From the NCBI GenBank assembly GCA_964247055.1, contig OZ176050.1, positions 12,648,001 through 12,712,000 of the forward strand: DNA of 64,000 nucleotides, in the 5' to 3' direction. The notes under the pieces were generated by a model. It had not been told where the DNA came from. It did no database searches and saw only the letters and a list, made by a program, of their open reading frames with translations. The position numbers were made by a program, and so were the translations under genes. The DNA comes from Paragordius varius. Its lineage: Eukaryota; Animalia; Nematomorpha. Below are positions 50,574 to 62,171 of this stretch, piece by piece; position 1 is the stretch's first letter, and each line of letters begins with the position of its first letter.

Positions 50574-51959
50574 TAGGGTTGTGATTTTGACCCCCTTTTT
50601 TCGAAAAAGGGGGTCAGACCTAGGTCCGACCTAGGTCTGACCTAGGTCATACCATATGTTATTGCCAATAATAAATAACTACATACATAAATACTTGATT
50701 AAATCATGTAAAAAAGGTTTTTACATAAAGTATATATTTTTTTAAAATTATAATTTCACCAATACTAATGATTTAAATTTATAAAATTAACGATCTTTGG
50801 AAACATACATAAAGACTTATAGAAAGTTTCAAATCACAGAAAGCTAAGACTAACAAGAAAATATGGATTTATTGAAACCTATTTATGCTCTAATTATTTA
50901 GATTGTGTAAAAACGAGTCCTTGTCCATGAACTTAACGTTAACTTAGGATGGTTCAAAAAAAATAATACTTGGAAATTTTTTATACGATTTATTAGATTT
51001 AATATATAATCGTGCTCACTACATTTAAAATTTCAGTAATATTATTAAGTTTAATATATTCTTATCAAATTATTTAAAATATGACATTGGCATTTATGCC
51101 ATATTATATTAGGATATTCTTTTTTAATCAAATTTACAGCAGGCTTTATGTTCGCTGGAATTATCGGTCACAATGGCATTAATTTTTAAATTTCGAATAT
51201 CTTTTATTGGTTCCATTATATTATAGATACATTCGGCAGTCTTACTATGATAAGATGTTTCATAAAAAATGATTGAGATCCTTCAATAAATAATATTAAT
51301 TTGCTTCCTACGAATATTGGTATAGGGATCGACGATTAATGAAATATTATTTTTACATATTTTAATAACTTCTTTTTTTATATCTTCATAACACGAATCT
51401 AGTAATAATTGATCTGTTTTGTATTTGGAATAGCATAATTAGGTTTAAACTATGAATGAAACCCCGTAAATGTTTATTTTCAACTAAGTTAAGAGTTGAG
51501 GATGTAAAAATGAATTTTGCTAAATGTCTCTGGCTAATTTCTCTTAAAAGCAGAAATTTTTAAGAATAAACTTAAGAAATTAAATAATTAGCTTGCTTTC
51601 GACCATCACCCTCTGTCATATAATTTATTTCATGAACTTTTAGATGTTTCTTCATTCGGTTATAGTGTAATTGCATTTCTTGCATGTAACTTGATTTTTT
51701 TTGATCGAAAAATTTCCACAAGGCTGATTTCATTAAAATTTAGGAAGTAAAGAAAAGATGTGTATCATATGATATTTAAAACAAAATAATACATACATAG
51801 ATAATATAAGGTTTTGTTTTCCTAAAAATTGTAAAATTAAAAAAATAAAAAATTAAAAGAAATAAAAAAAATTGACCTAGGTCATTTTTTTTCGTGGTCA
51901 TGACCATGGTCATGACCTAGGTCATGACCCTAGGTCATTGACTAATGGGCACAACCCTA
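50574..51959 (-). mobile_element. Non-autonomous hAT element (1386 bp) with a relic BED zinc finger
   Basis: TIR TAGGGTTGTG / CACAACCCTA. Perfect 8-bp TSD GTTAGAAT (50566-50573, 51960-51967). Subterminal GACCTAGGTC palindrome arrays at both ends. Minus-strand frameshifted MKSALWKFFDQK..VTCKKCNYTI..MKKHLKVHE at ~51733-51625. Confidence 0.9.
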
Positions 51960-52928
51960 GTTAGAATACATGTTATTTTTCATTGGACCAGTTTTTTTAA
52001 AGAAAACTCTCCGTATTTTAACAAGATCGGTTCCCATTCAACCATAGCTAATTTTTGGAAGATTCAATATAGATAAGACAGTTTTTTTGGTGACAATAAA
52101 AAATTGTAATGAAAAAACTACCAATCATGGATAAATTGCTTTTTTATATGTTAAGGTGTGGTTCAATTAAAAATTACATCCCAAACCTTATTATAGCAAG
52201 TATATGAAATTTGTGTAAAAAATCTTCCAGTAAATGTTTAAGGTATTATAAAATAAATGATTAAGACTTTTGGGCACCGCAAAATAAAAATAGTTAAAAG
52301 ATATTGAATCATATTTGATTCATAGTAATTATTTGTGTGTTTTTAATCGTAAGCCTGTAAAACTAATGCGTAAATCTTTTCAACAGCCCATTTTATAAAG
52401 ATGTAAAAACTATTAATATTTTACGGTTTTGAAAACCTGGTATAATTATATTCTATTTAATCATGTTTTTTAAGTTATTTTGATAAAATCATTGTTTGTT
52501 GATTTAACTTTATATAAGTTTAGCAATAACTGTCATTTTGATACTTTAAAAACAAATACAAAACCTAATTATATATTCACATAACGTATAAATTTTACAA
52601 AAGCTCAGCATTTAATGTTAGATTTTCGAGATATATTCAAGATTTATATCAGTTTTTGACAGAATAAATTAATAAAAATAATATACCTTAGGAGTCACAC
52701 GAACATATGGTAAATTAGACACCGTGGTTAAAATAGTTAATTAATATTTCATATGACATATTTAAGCAAAGTACTTATTACCGTATTTGTCCTAAAGGTT
52801 TAAACTGGTAAATATTTTTTAAAAAATATACTTATTAAGCTATAAATATAAAAAATATATTTCAATTTTGTAAAAATATGTTTATTTCAGTTATTGAACA
52901 AAAATACGGAGGTTTAAAACAATACTGA

Positions 52929-52930
<2 letters not shown>

Positions 52931-52962
<32 letters not shown>
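52931..52962. repeat. (AT)16 microsatellite
   Basis: Direct reading. Confidence 0.95.
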
Positions 52963-52966
<4 letters not shown>

Positions 52967-53132
52967 AGATAAATGAAGATTTTCATGGTGCTATTTTTAC
53001 GAATAATATCAAAAAAATACATTTTTTGGTAATCGTCATTTATCAAAAAATGACAATATATGCGCACACTATGCTAAATAATTGTTTATAAAAGTAAATC
53101 ATGGTTTTACTTCCTTTCATAAATTTTCAACA

Positions 53133-53202
53133 GGCCTGGGGTATTTAACTACCCCAATTTAAATCCAAGGACTAAAATGAATGTGTTGTATCCAAGTGTT
53201 AA
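53133..53202 (+). repeat. Repeat family C terminal block
   Basis: GGCCTGGGGTATTTAACTACCCCAATTTAAATCCAAGGACTAAAATGAATGTGTTGTATCCAAGTG|TTAA; matches 55151-55218 and the reverse complement of 49945-50015. Confidence 0.6.
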
Positions 53203-54924
53203 TTTGATACTTTTTTAAAACTACTAAAAGAAAGGCCCCAATTTAAATATATGCTTCAATCCTAACAAATATATAAATAAGCCGAAACCAATAATTAGTT
53301 TTGAAAAGTTACAAATTAAACTACCTCCACGCCATATCCTAAAATACAAGTTGTAAAATTTTTTAAAAATAAGTTCATCAACACAGTTTTATTTTTCTCA
53401 AATTTTTGATGCCATAGTCAATCATAAATAAAAACAGTGCCATAAAACAACTGTTAAAATTTTAATAGAATGTACCAAGATTATCATTGTGCTTTTGGTT
53501 TTTGCCCTTATGAATGTAAGAAAGTTATTTACATCGTGGCAAAATATGTGCACCTAAATTTTTGAACCCATTCGAAATCGGTATTTTTTTTAAAATAAAG
53601 AAGGGCCGGTGTTTACTAAAAATAATAGCTAATTATATTTGCTCAGTATCGACATCAAAAAATGCCTTTTCGGAAAAAATGGCTTAAAAATTAATAGTAA
53701 AATTTTGGTGATGCCAGTTTTATGGTGTTTTGAAGCACAGTGGAAACAGTATTTAAAACTTTGAGATATTGTAAAAACATCTTTTCTATATAATTAAATA
53801 ATGCTGAACATGTAAATCACTTCAAATATATTTTAAAGTTTGTTTGCTTTAAAAATTTAGATTAAACAATTAGGATTTAACAATCTGACCTACGAGTAAT
53901 AAAAATTTAGAGGTGATAGAAATGAGCATTATCAAATTATTTAAAAACAGTGCTTTTAAAATATCTTAAAGGACTTTTATTTGCATAATGTCTCAAAGTG
54001 TGATAATTCAAAATAATTTTGCTAAAAATTTAATTTTTGAACAAAGTACCATTGTTATAAAGGATTTATTAAAGCCAATCTAGCATACATTACACAATAT
54101 TATCTCAAAATCTCGGCATTTTTGAATCTAAGAGAACTATTCCATTATTAAAGGGGGCAAAAATTTGGGACCTTTTAAAATTACATTTAAAAACTAAAGC
54201 TAAATATTATTTTGCTTTTCAATATATATATATATTTACATGATAATTTTAAGAATAAAGCATTTAGCTTTTAGCAAAAAAATTTTATCAACAATATTCG
54301 CTAATTTTGGGCACGACTTTCTTACCAAAACCAAAAGCAGCATGAAAATCCTGATACATTTATTTCAGATTATTTATATATATTTATGGCATAAGGATGT
54401 TTTACTATGCACTGTGAATATAGTTTGATGGCGCTTATTATTCCGATCACCTAACAACTCTAATTAAAACATAAGTTTTGTCTTCCAAAAAATATCCTCA
54501 CTTTTCAAAACAAGCCAATATGTAGAAAATTCTGAGGTGTTAAACCCCATTAAATATTATAAAAAACTTTTTTTGTATTTAATGTCTTAATACCGTTATA
54601 AGGAATAGCATAAAATCCATCTCAATAAAATTTTGCTTATATATTTTTGCAATACATTGAAAATTTCCAGCATTCATGATTTTTGTCATTTTACCATCAT
54701 ATTTTAGAGGGAACATAAAATTTTCCACTTTGGGGAACTCACGGTTAATTAAAATTAAAAAAATTTGTTTTTAAGAATTCATTACATTTCATTTTTTTTA
54801 TACGCGATAATTTTTTCGGCAGTAGGAGTAAACAAGCAACTGGTCAAGGTGGTTTAACATAAAAAATTTGAATCCTGTGTATATAAAATTTATAATTTTT
54901 ACAGTTTATTGAATTCTATAGTTT

Positions 54925-55218
54925 CACACTTGGATAGCCGAAAAACATGATAGAAGCGAGCAGCTTATAATAATAAGATTATTAATTTGGAAAAGCTTTC
55001 AAATCAAAAAGCAGATTTGTCTAATGTATTAGCGATTCAGCACTTAATGACCTTATGGGGTGGTTTTATTACGCAAGGTCATTTAAAATTTAAATATCTA
55101 GAAAATATTTTCACAATTCAGGAAACTTAAAAACAGGTTTATTAACCTTTAGGCCTGAGGTATCCAGCAACCAATTTAATCGAGAGACTGAAATGAATGC
55201 GTTGTATCCAAGTGTTAA
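54925..55218. mobile_element. Repeat family C MITE, TTAA-type terminus (piggyBac-like, tentative)
   Basis: CACTTGGATA at left and TATCCAAGTG|TTAA at right. The left flank reads TTCA rather than TTAA. Confidence 0.45.
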
Positions 55219-55533
55219 TCTAATATATAAAAGGACTGTTTAATAATTAAATTTTAACTGAAGTAAATTTTAAAACTGTATAGTTTATATTGAGCTCTAG
55301 GATATGAGTTCCCCAATAAACGGATAAAAAATATTATAATTAATATTGATTATCATAAATCGAGGCTTTTCTTATTGTCGCTTAATTTTTATCTAACTGA
55401 TAAAACGCCTTTTTTCATTTTTATTACCCCATTCTAAATATTAAAAAAGCTTTTATTTATATACAAGTGTATAAAGGTGATATAAAATTATTCCAAAGTC
55501 TAATGCTTTATATAAATATGTGAAAATGAAGTT

Positions 55534-55907
55534 ATGGAAATCGGATCGCTAGACCACATTAAAAAATTAGATGAGATTGAAAAACGCATTGCGCAAACGA
55601 TTCAGTATGCAAGTATATTTGTAAAATTATAAATATAATTAGGCCAAATTCTAGCAGAAATGGCTAAGGAAAAATGCACCGCAAAACATGTAGAAAATTT
55701 AAATAATTCATTCACAAAGGAAATCGAAAAAATTTATCAAGATATATCATATCATCTAAATTATTTATCAGACATATCGGCAGGTTGTTTTCACTTTATA
55801 TTTTAGGCCAAAATTATGAAAAATCATCATACCTTGAGATGAAAAAATTGATGCTTACCCTAAATGCCGTAAATTCCATAAAAGATCAAATAAATTCAAT
55901 TTTATAA
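55534..55907 (+). CDS. MED11: Mediator of RNA polymerase II transcription subunit 11, 3 exons, 106 aa
   Basis: Exons 55534-55612, 55643-55783, 55807-55907 give MEIGSLDHIKKLDEIEKRIAQTIQYASQILAEMAKEK...HLNYLSDISAGQNYEKSSY.... This resembles metazoan MED11 (LEDIEREI..ILQNAG..ILELSKEK; RYLTQVATGQPHEGSSY). Absent from the ORF track because it is split by 30- and 23-nt introns. Confidence 0.8.
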
Positions 55908-57182
55908 TTATTTATTATAAAATGTTATAAAAAAATTTTGCATTTCACTTTCCGCTTGAGATAAATTAACTTGTTTAATTTTTAATATATTTTTATCAAC
56001 TAACGTTACCGACGTACTATTATTGTTAGAAGATAGATGAATAATTGCAGTTCGATACAAATTAAAGTCAAATAAATTTTTATTTTGCGTATTTGGCAAA
56101 ATTGTCTTTGGAGGTGTAGTATATAAAATGATATATTGTGCATGGGCAGGGAACACGTCTTTAATAAATTTATATAGATCAGAAATTGGTGTGGAAGTCC
56201 TAAATGCTGTTTGGATAATAAGCTTTTTGGGATCCTTTAAATTGATAACTTTCGAATGCTCTGTTAGGACGAATCTTATAAGAGTGTAAGGATTAGCCTC
56301 AAATTTAGCCACCCGTTCTAATTCTACCATAGCTTTTGTTTTAAACACGGCATTTTCTAATTCCTTTCGCCGCTTACTTAAATCGGACATCATAAATTTA
56401 ATTTCAGATTCCGTTGGTTTGAAAAAATCATGGTTATCATAAAGTTTATCATCTGTTACTGCAAGGTTTTTCCTGAAAACGTTTAAGTGATCTTGCGATA
56501 AAATAAAATATATGGGTGGTGGAAGATCTTTAAATAAAGTGGAATCGGAACATACATTATCAAATATTTTAATTTTTTTAACTGCAAGTGTTTCACTCTC
56601 AATTAATTTGGATTCATTTTCAACTTTATTAATAACAATTGAGATTTCTAAAGGTTTATCAACATTATTAGCAGATAACGGTATTATGTCCGATAAGCAC
56701 AACTTCTCCAAACTTGTTTTGTTGGTGTAAGTTCTTCCGTTTGGTAGGACAAATTTAACTAAATGATCATTTGGTTTTTGCTGAATTTGATCAACTAAAG
56801 ATGAATATATTTCGTGTTTAGATGGAAGCGTTTTAAATAAAGCCCAAAGATTAGCAGTTGCCGGAACAGATAGCTCAAGCTTCGGCAAAACATGTGGTAA
56901 AAATGAGGTTAATGAAATAACTATATTAATCAATTTATTTTCTTCGCCATCCTTTACGCTTTTATCAATACACTCTATTTTTGCGTTATTTGGTAGATTT
57001 AGTGAGCCTATGGTGACATTTGAACGCAAAACATTTTTGCGATATTCAAGTTGCAAATTTGAGGCATCTAAATTATTTTCATTGCATATTTTCTTTTGTA
57101 AATCTTCTATAGTGGTATTAGTTGGAATCGTATATTTTTTCCATCTACTGTTCGGAAGGCGAATTTCACACGTTTTATACAT
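55908..57182 (-). CDS. ASPSCR1: ASPSCR1/TUG (UBX domain, p97 adaptor), intronless, 424 aa
   Basis: N-terminal TUG ubiquitin-like domain (LPNSRWKK...LNLPNNAKIE), DFFKPT lariat-like segment, FKTKAM, and a UBX domain with YTLIRF and LYTTPPKT. Confidence 0.85.
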   Translation of the reverse strand: MYKTCEIRLPNSRWKKYTIPTNTTIEDLQKKICNENNLDASNLQLEYRKNVLRSNVTIGSLNLPNNAKIECIDKSVKDGEENKLINIVISLTSFLPHVLPKLELSVPATANLWALFKTLPSKHEIYSSLVDQIQQKPNDHLVKFVLPNGRTYTNKTSLEKLCLSDIIPLSANNVDKPLEISIVINKVENESKLIESETLAVKKIKIFDNVCSDSTLFKDLPPPIYFILSQDHLNVFRKNLAVTDDKLYDNHDFFKPTESEIKFMMSDLSKRRKELENAVFKTKAMVELERVAKFEANPYTLIRFVLTEHSKVINLKDPKKLIIQTAFRTSTPISDLYKFIKDVFPAHAQYIILYTTPPKTILPNTQNKNLFDFNLYRTAIIHLSSNNNSTSVTLVDKNILKIKQVNLSQAESEMQNFFITFYNK

Positions 57183-57308
57183 TCACAGTTAAAGTCATAT
57201 GAAAATCATAATTCACAAGCATAGAGTTTTAGCTCACCATAAAATTTGTGACTGGTCAATAAATTGTTTTCCTCTCAACAGCCGAGCTCCATATAATACC
57301 GACAATTA

Positions 57309-57550
57309 CAGTAAAAATTGGAATTACACGGACAAAACGTAAAAATAAACAAATTTTTTAAATCTTGATTTATTTTAATATAACTCATTGTTTGAAATTG
57401 CAAAGTGTCGAATAAAGAGTAAATTAATAACAGAATCAATTATGTATTTCACAAATTTAATTTTATAATTTATATGTGAATTAAGTATTAAGAATATATG
57501 CTTGTCTTTTAGAAACAAATTGGTCTATATTATTTGCATTTTGTCCGTAT
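57309..57550. mobile_element. MITE family A, ~127 bp upstream of the ASPSCR1 start
   Basis: TA|CAGTAAAAATTGGAATTACACGGACAAAACGTAAAAA at left; degenerate right end CATTTTGTCCGTAT. Confidence 0.75.
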
Positions 57551-59475
57551 GTATCTTGTTTGACATATGAGAAGATATTTATATTGTAAGTAAGTGTATC
57601 AAATTATATGAACACTGGTTAAGACCATATCAATTTATTATGAAGTAGATACTTCGGCGATAAAATATTATCTAATATATATATATATATATAATAATCT
57701 ATAATTATATGGACGATTATATCATAATTCTATAAAAATTTAGAATTGGTGACAATTGTCTTGATAATGTGTAAGTCACCTTTAAAGTAATATTTATAAA
57801 ATAGGCCCAAAGTCGGCCCACTTTTTTAGCCCGCGGCAATTTTTGAAAAAAATAGAAAAATTATTTTTTAAGCCATTTTCCCCGTTATAGAATATTTTTA
57901 AAGAGCAAAATTTTTTATCCGTTTTGTTGTAAAAACCGTTGGATATAGCTCAACTCTAAAATACGCTATATATGAAAGGGATTTCGAAGATAATATTTGA
58001 CCAAGTTATTAAACTCTTGATTTTTAATTAGGTTCAACCTAAAAAGAAAATAATTTTTCCAGCGTCCTTATAATTAAGCTACTTGGTATGGCTCCACCTT
58101 ATATTACAGCTTCTAAGATAGAAATACAGCTGTGAAAGTTTTCGGATATTCAAAAAGACCTATGGATTTTTTTATGGTTTTGGGTCCCCTAACAAAGGAA
58201 CAAATTAACTTTTTAAGAAGCCAGTGTGTAGTTCCTTGTAATAACTCTATATAGAAAGAACATAAGCTTTGAAGCAATAGTGTCCAACACAAACTCAAAA
58301 AATTGGCGGGCCACATTTAAAATTATCTGCCGGCATTCAATATTTTTTTAGCTTAAAAACAAAGACTGTAAAATACAAACAGAACAGTCGTGTGTTCGTG
58401 TTCGTTGTCAATTGGATAAACTTATTCAGAAAATTTGTTTGGAAAACAATTTAAATAAGAATTTTTTAGCATAAATTTGTAAAACCATGTTGAACACCCC
58501 TTCTTTAAAGCAACTTTTTAGATAAGTTATGAGACTATGTACTAACTATCCTCGACTCAAAATACCATATAAATTCAATAATGGATTCAGTATTTCCCGT
58601 TTAAAAGCAAAAATTTAGGTTAAGCTCTTAAATTAGCCCATGATTATTACCCCACTTTAGGAAACTATCCTCCAAATAAAAAAATGTGGCTATTAACTAT
58701 AATCTTCTGCCTGTTGGAAACAAAATAGTTATTGATTAACTTGTCGACCAAATCACACCGACGGAATTACAGTTAGAATGTTCATTAAATTTGGTTAAAA
58801 TGGCCTAATCCAGCGGTAAGCAGTGTGGCACGACATCTGTATGTTGCTTGGACCCACGGGCTGTATCCTTTATTTTATCAAAAATTATTTTTTTTTCGTT
58901 AAATGTGTATAAATATTTGGAAAGAATGGAAAAAAGAGCTCTATGGTAATTCTTATACTTTTTTGATGAATATGATATTGTTAACACCATAGAGCTCTTG
59001 TTTTTTCTATTCTTTAACAAATATATATACCCATTTAACTAAGAAAATAAATTTTTGATAAAATAAAGGATACAAGACTGTAATTCAACAACAGCGCTAG
59101 ACAACCTCAAATAAATCAAATATGTAAGGCTAGGTTTAAAACATAATCTTCTCCGTTTATAATTGTATCTCTCACTTTGAGAAGGTTTGTAACTTGGACA
59201 GTTGCTACTTTCAAATTGGAGTTAAATTAAACCCAGGGTCATATGAACTATCCTACTCATTTAGTTTTACTTGATATCACAACATATTAACTACATTGAA
59301 TATCGTGAATTTATGAATAGCATTTAACATTTAGACCACTGTGGTTATTCTTAAAAAATTTTGAAAATAAAATATTTTTCTTGTGTAAAAAGGGTCGTGC
59401 ACCGTATAATACCAAATTATTTACAGCATGTTTGACACATATGCAAATGTATAAATCAGTGGAACTCACTAAATA

Positions 59476-59728
59476 CCATTTACAATTCAATTCACCCTCG
59501 AAAAATTCAATTTTATCCTAATTATGTGTTTTCGGGCTGATATAGCTCATTATTAATAGGAAATATTGATTTATGGCATAGTTTATTTTTTTCAGTATTA
59601 TTTTAATTTTAAACAAAATTTCATTTTTTAAAAATATAAAAAAATATAAGTAATTTTCAATCCTAAAAAAACATAATTTATTTTAGGGTGATTTGAATTG
59701 TTCGAGGGTAAATTTAAACTATAAATGG
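59476..59728. mobile_element. MITE family B
   Basis: TA|CCATTTACAATTCAATTCACCCTCGAA ... TTCGAGGGTAAATTTAAACTATAAATGG|TA. Confidence 0.85.
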
Positions 59729-60639
59729 TATATTTAAACTCAAAATAAGAACATAAAGCCATTAAAAAGCATTTATCGCTACTCTAAATCATTACACCAA
59801 AAATTTAATCAATAAATCAGGTGAATGAAAGCAATTTCCGCGGTTTAAATACACTGATTTAGACATTTGACCATTAATATAAACAGTAGAAATGGGAAAA
59901 AGAACCGTTTTCGGAAAAATCATGAGTATTGTGAAACCGTCTTAATGAAAATAGTTCTGAGACCATTTTAGAGGACTATCGATGGATCCTAGTGGTTTCG
60001 AAATTTGTTTATTAATCTAAATTTTTTACAATGATATTTTAATATCCCAAGCAAACGTAGGCCAAATGATTATTCTATATAAATTTTTAATGGCTAAAAA
60101 TAGGCCATTTTTTTAAAAAAAAGCAGAACCCTTCAACCAAAAATGAACCTAATCGATTACGACGAAACCCGTTTTTTGTTATCATAACCGGAGGAAATAG
60201 AAAAAAAAACTCAGACACCAAAACGATTTTGATTCCTATTCCTCCATTTTTCTCAAACATTCTTCTAATAAATGCTAGTTTTGTCCCAACATTTAGTCAG
60301 GCTCTCGAATAGAAATACTATTGTAATAGAAGAATAAAGTGTTGAGCGTTTAACGTATAAATATAATTATGTTTAACATTGGGTGTTACATGTGGTGCTC
60401 TACACTAAAAATATTTATGGAGCCCGTAAAATTGGAGTTTTGCCGAGTTTTAAGTTGTATTTACTTAAGACTCTTTACAAAATTTTAGTTGTAAAAAAGA
60501 CAATATTACGTTTGGCGTATACTATTTGTATAAATGTTTTATAAAATGGTTTGTAATTATTATTATGGAGCTAAAAAGATTTTTCAATAATTTAACATTT
60601 TAAGATATATCATATTCTAATTATAGAAAACAAAGCTGA

Positions 60640-60870
60640 TACTGACGATTAAATGCAGTGCGATAGGGTTTACTCGGGCGGCAGAAATATAAGTACGAAA
60701 ATAAACGAACATAAAGACTGTTTAAGGGATTCCAATATAAAAAGCAGTGTTATAGCAGACCATGCTTTAGATTTAGATTATGAGATTGAATTTAACAATG
60801 CGATTTGTTTTACTATAGTAAAACAAATCGCATAAAGATCAAATTATTTTAGGAAAGCTATCGAGCTTTT
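60640..60870 (+). mobile_element. GIY-YIG endonuclease relic of a Penelope-like element
   Basis: QCDRVYSGGRNISTKINEHKDCLRDSNIKSSVIADHALDLDYEIEFNNA fits C..C...YIG.T.R....R..EH.......S..A.H.....H.IDF, the GIY-YIG pattern of Penelope-like elements. No RT recognised nearby. Confidence 0.7.
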
Positions 60871-61365
60871 AAATTAAAGATAATTTATTATTGGTATGTT
60901 TTTATCAATAATAATTAAACAGGTACCTTAAAATGCAAACCAACATATTTGAAATAGTGCCATTTTTTATTTCTAAATTAATTGGATGTAAAGAATGTTT
61001 GCCCTCAATATTACACATTCATTATTGTTTGCTTAAACATTTTTGTTGGAAATAATAAATATATCATAAAAAACAAACCCTGAAGTCATTTTAAGGACAA
61101 AAATAATGGAAAAAGTGTATGATTGATGATGGAATTTATTAACATTTTTCTATAATGATATTCTAAATTTAGGCATTTTTGCTATTATTCATATATTGCA
61201 TATGTATAAATAGGTGAAAATTTAAGGTTTTTGCGAAATTTTGATTAAAATATTGCGTTGCTTTTTTCGGGGTAAGACTTAACAATACCATCAGGATTCA
61301 ATAAAATTGATTACGATTATTATGCATACAATAAGGTAGGTATGTATTTAAGTCTGTTTTATATC

Positions 61366-62171
61366 TCAAATATTGAAATGAAATATTTCGTTATATGATG
61401 TGACAATATTTATAAAGAGAGCCAAAATGAAAACAGATCCATAAAGAGTTGATGGTGAGTATAATGTTGCACCATTAAACATGGCATAAACTTTGTCGTT
61501 TGGATTTTTTCCTCGCTTGAAATCTAGGGTAAAACAACGTTTATCCTCGCGTGGTGTATAACGGAAAGATTTATTAAACACATTCTCACAAAATTGTTGA
61601 GCTGTGGAAAAATGATCCGTAAAGGTTTTACAATCATCTGGATTTTTGCAATAGCTCGTCCCGTTTACCCACTTGAAACCGGTGTACCAATTTGGACTGC
61701 AAGTATACTCATTCTTACAGGCACTCCACCATCGATCACAATAATCGGCGCAGATGGGGACATTGAAAAACTTTTCGGAGCTAAAGCGTTTACCTAAAAT
61801 GAAACATTATAAAATGTTATACCTTCAATTTTTTGGATCCATGGGCCTACGTTGGGTGAACATTCAAAAAAGCAGGTATCTTGTATGAAATATCGATGAC
61901 ACTCATCTGATAACTTTTGAATGTGGGAACAATGATTTAGATCAAGACCATACCATGGTACATGATCATTTATTAATTTGGTTGTATTTTTGTAGCAACA
62001 ATTATTGTCAGACCATCGGTTACATTCACCAACTAATCCTTCAGGACTTGATTCTGGTGATGGAATTGATTTATGATATTTTCCAGCTAAACAAATATTT
62101 GTTGAATGTGTTGTATAAGCAATATTTAGCAACGATACGAACAAGATTAAAAAGATAGTAAAATTATACAT
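61366..62171 (-). CDS. Folate receptor family protein (FOLR/RBP/Juno fold), 2 exons, 258 aa, signal peptide and hydrophobic C-terminal GPI/TM signal
   Basis: Exons 62171-61823 and 61793-61366 (29-nt intron). Motifs CLAGKYHKSIPSPE, NCC, NHC, FIQDTCFFECSPNVGPWI, NVPICADYCDRWWSACKNEYTC, FCENVF, RCF, GKNPN. Confidence 0.9.

Noticed and set aside
56512-57192. Short plus-strand ORFs (72 and 60 aa)
   Set aside because: Antisense shadows of ASPSCR1.
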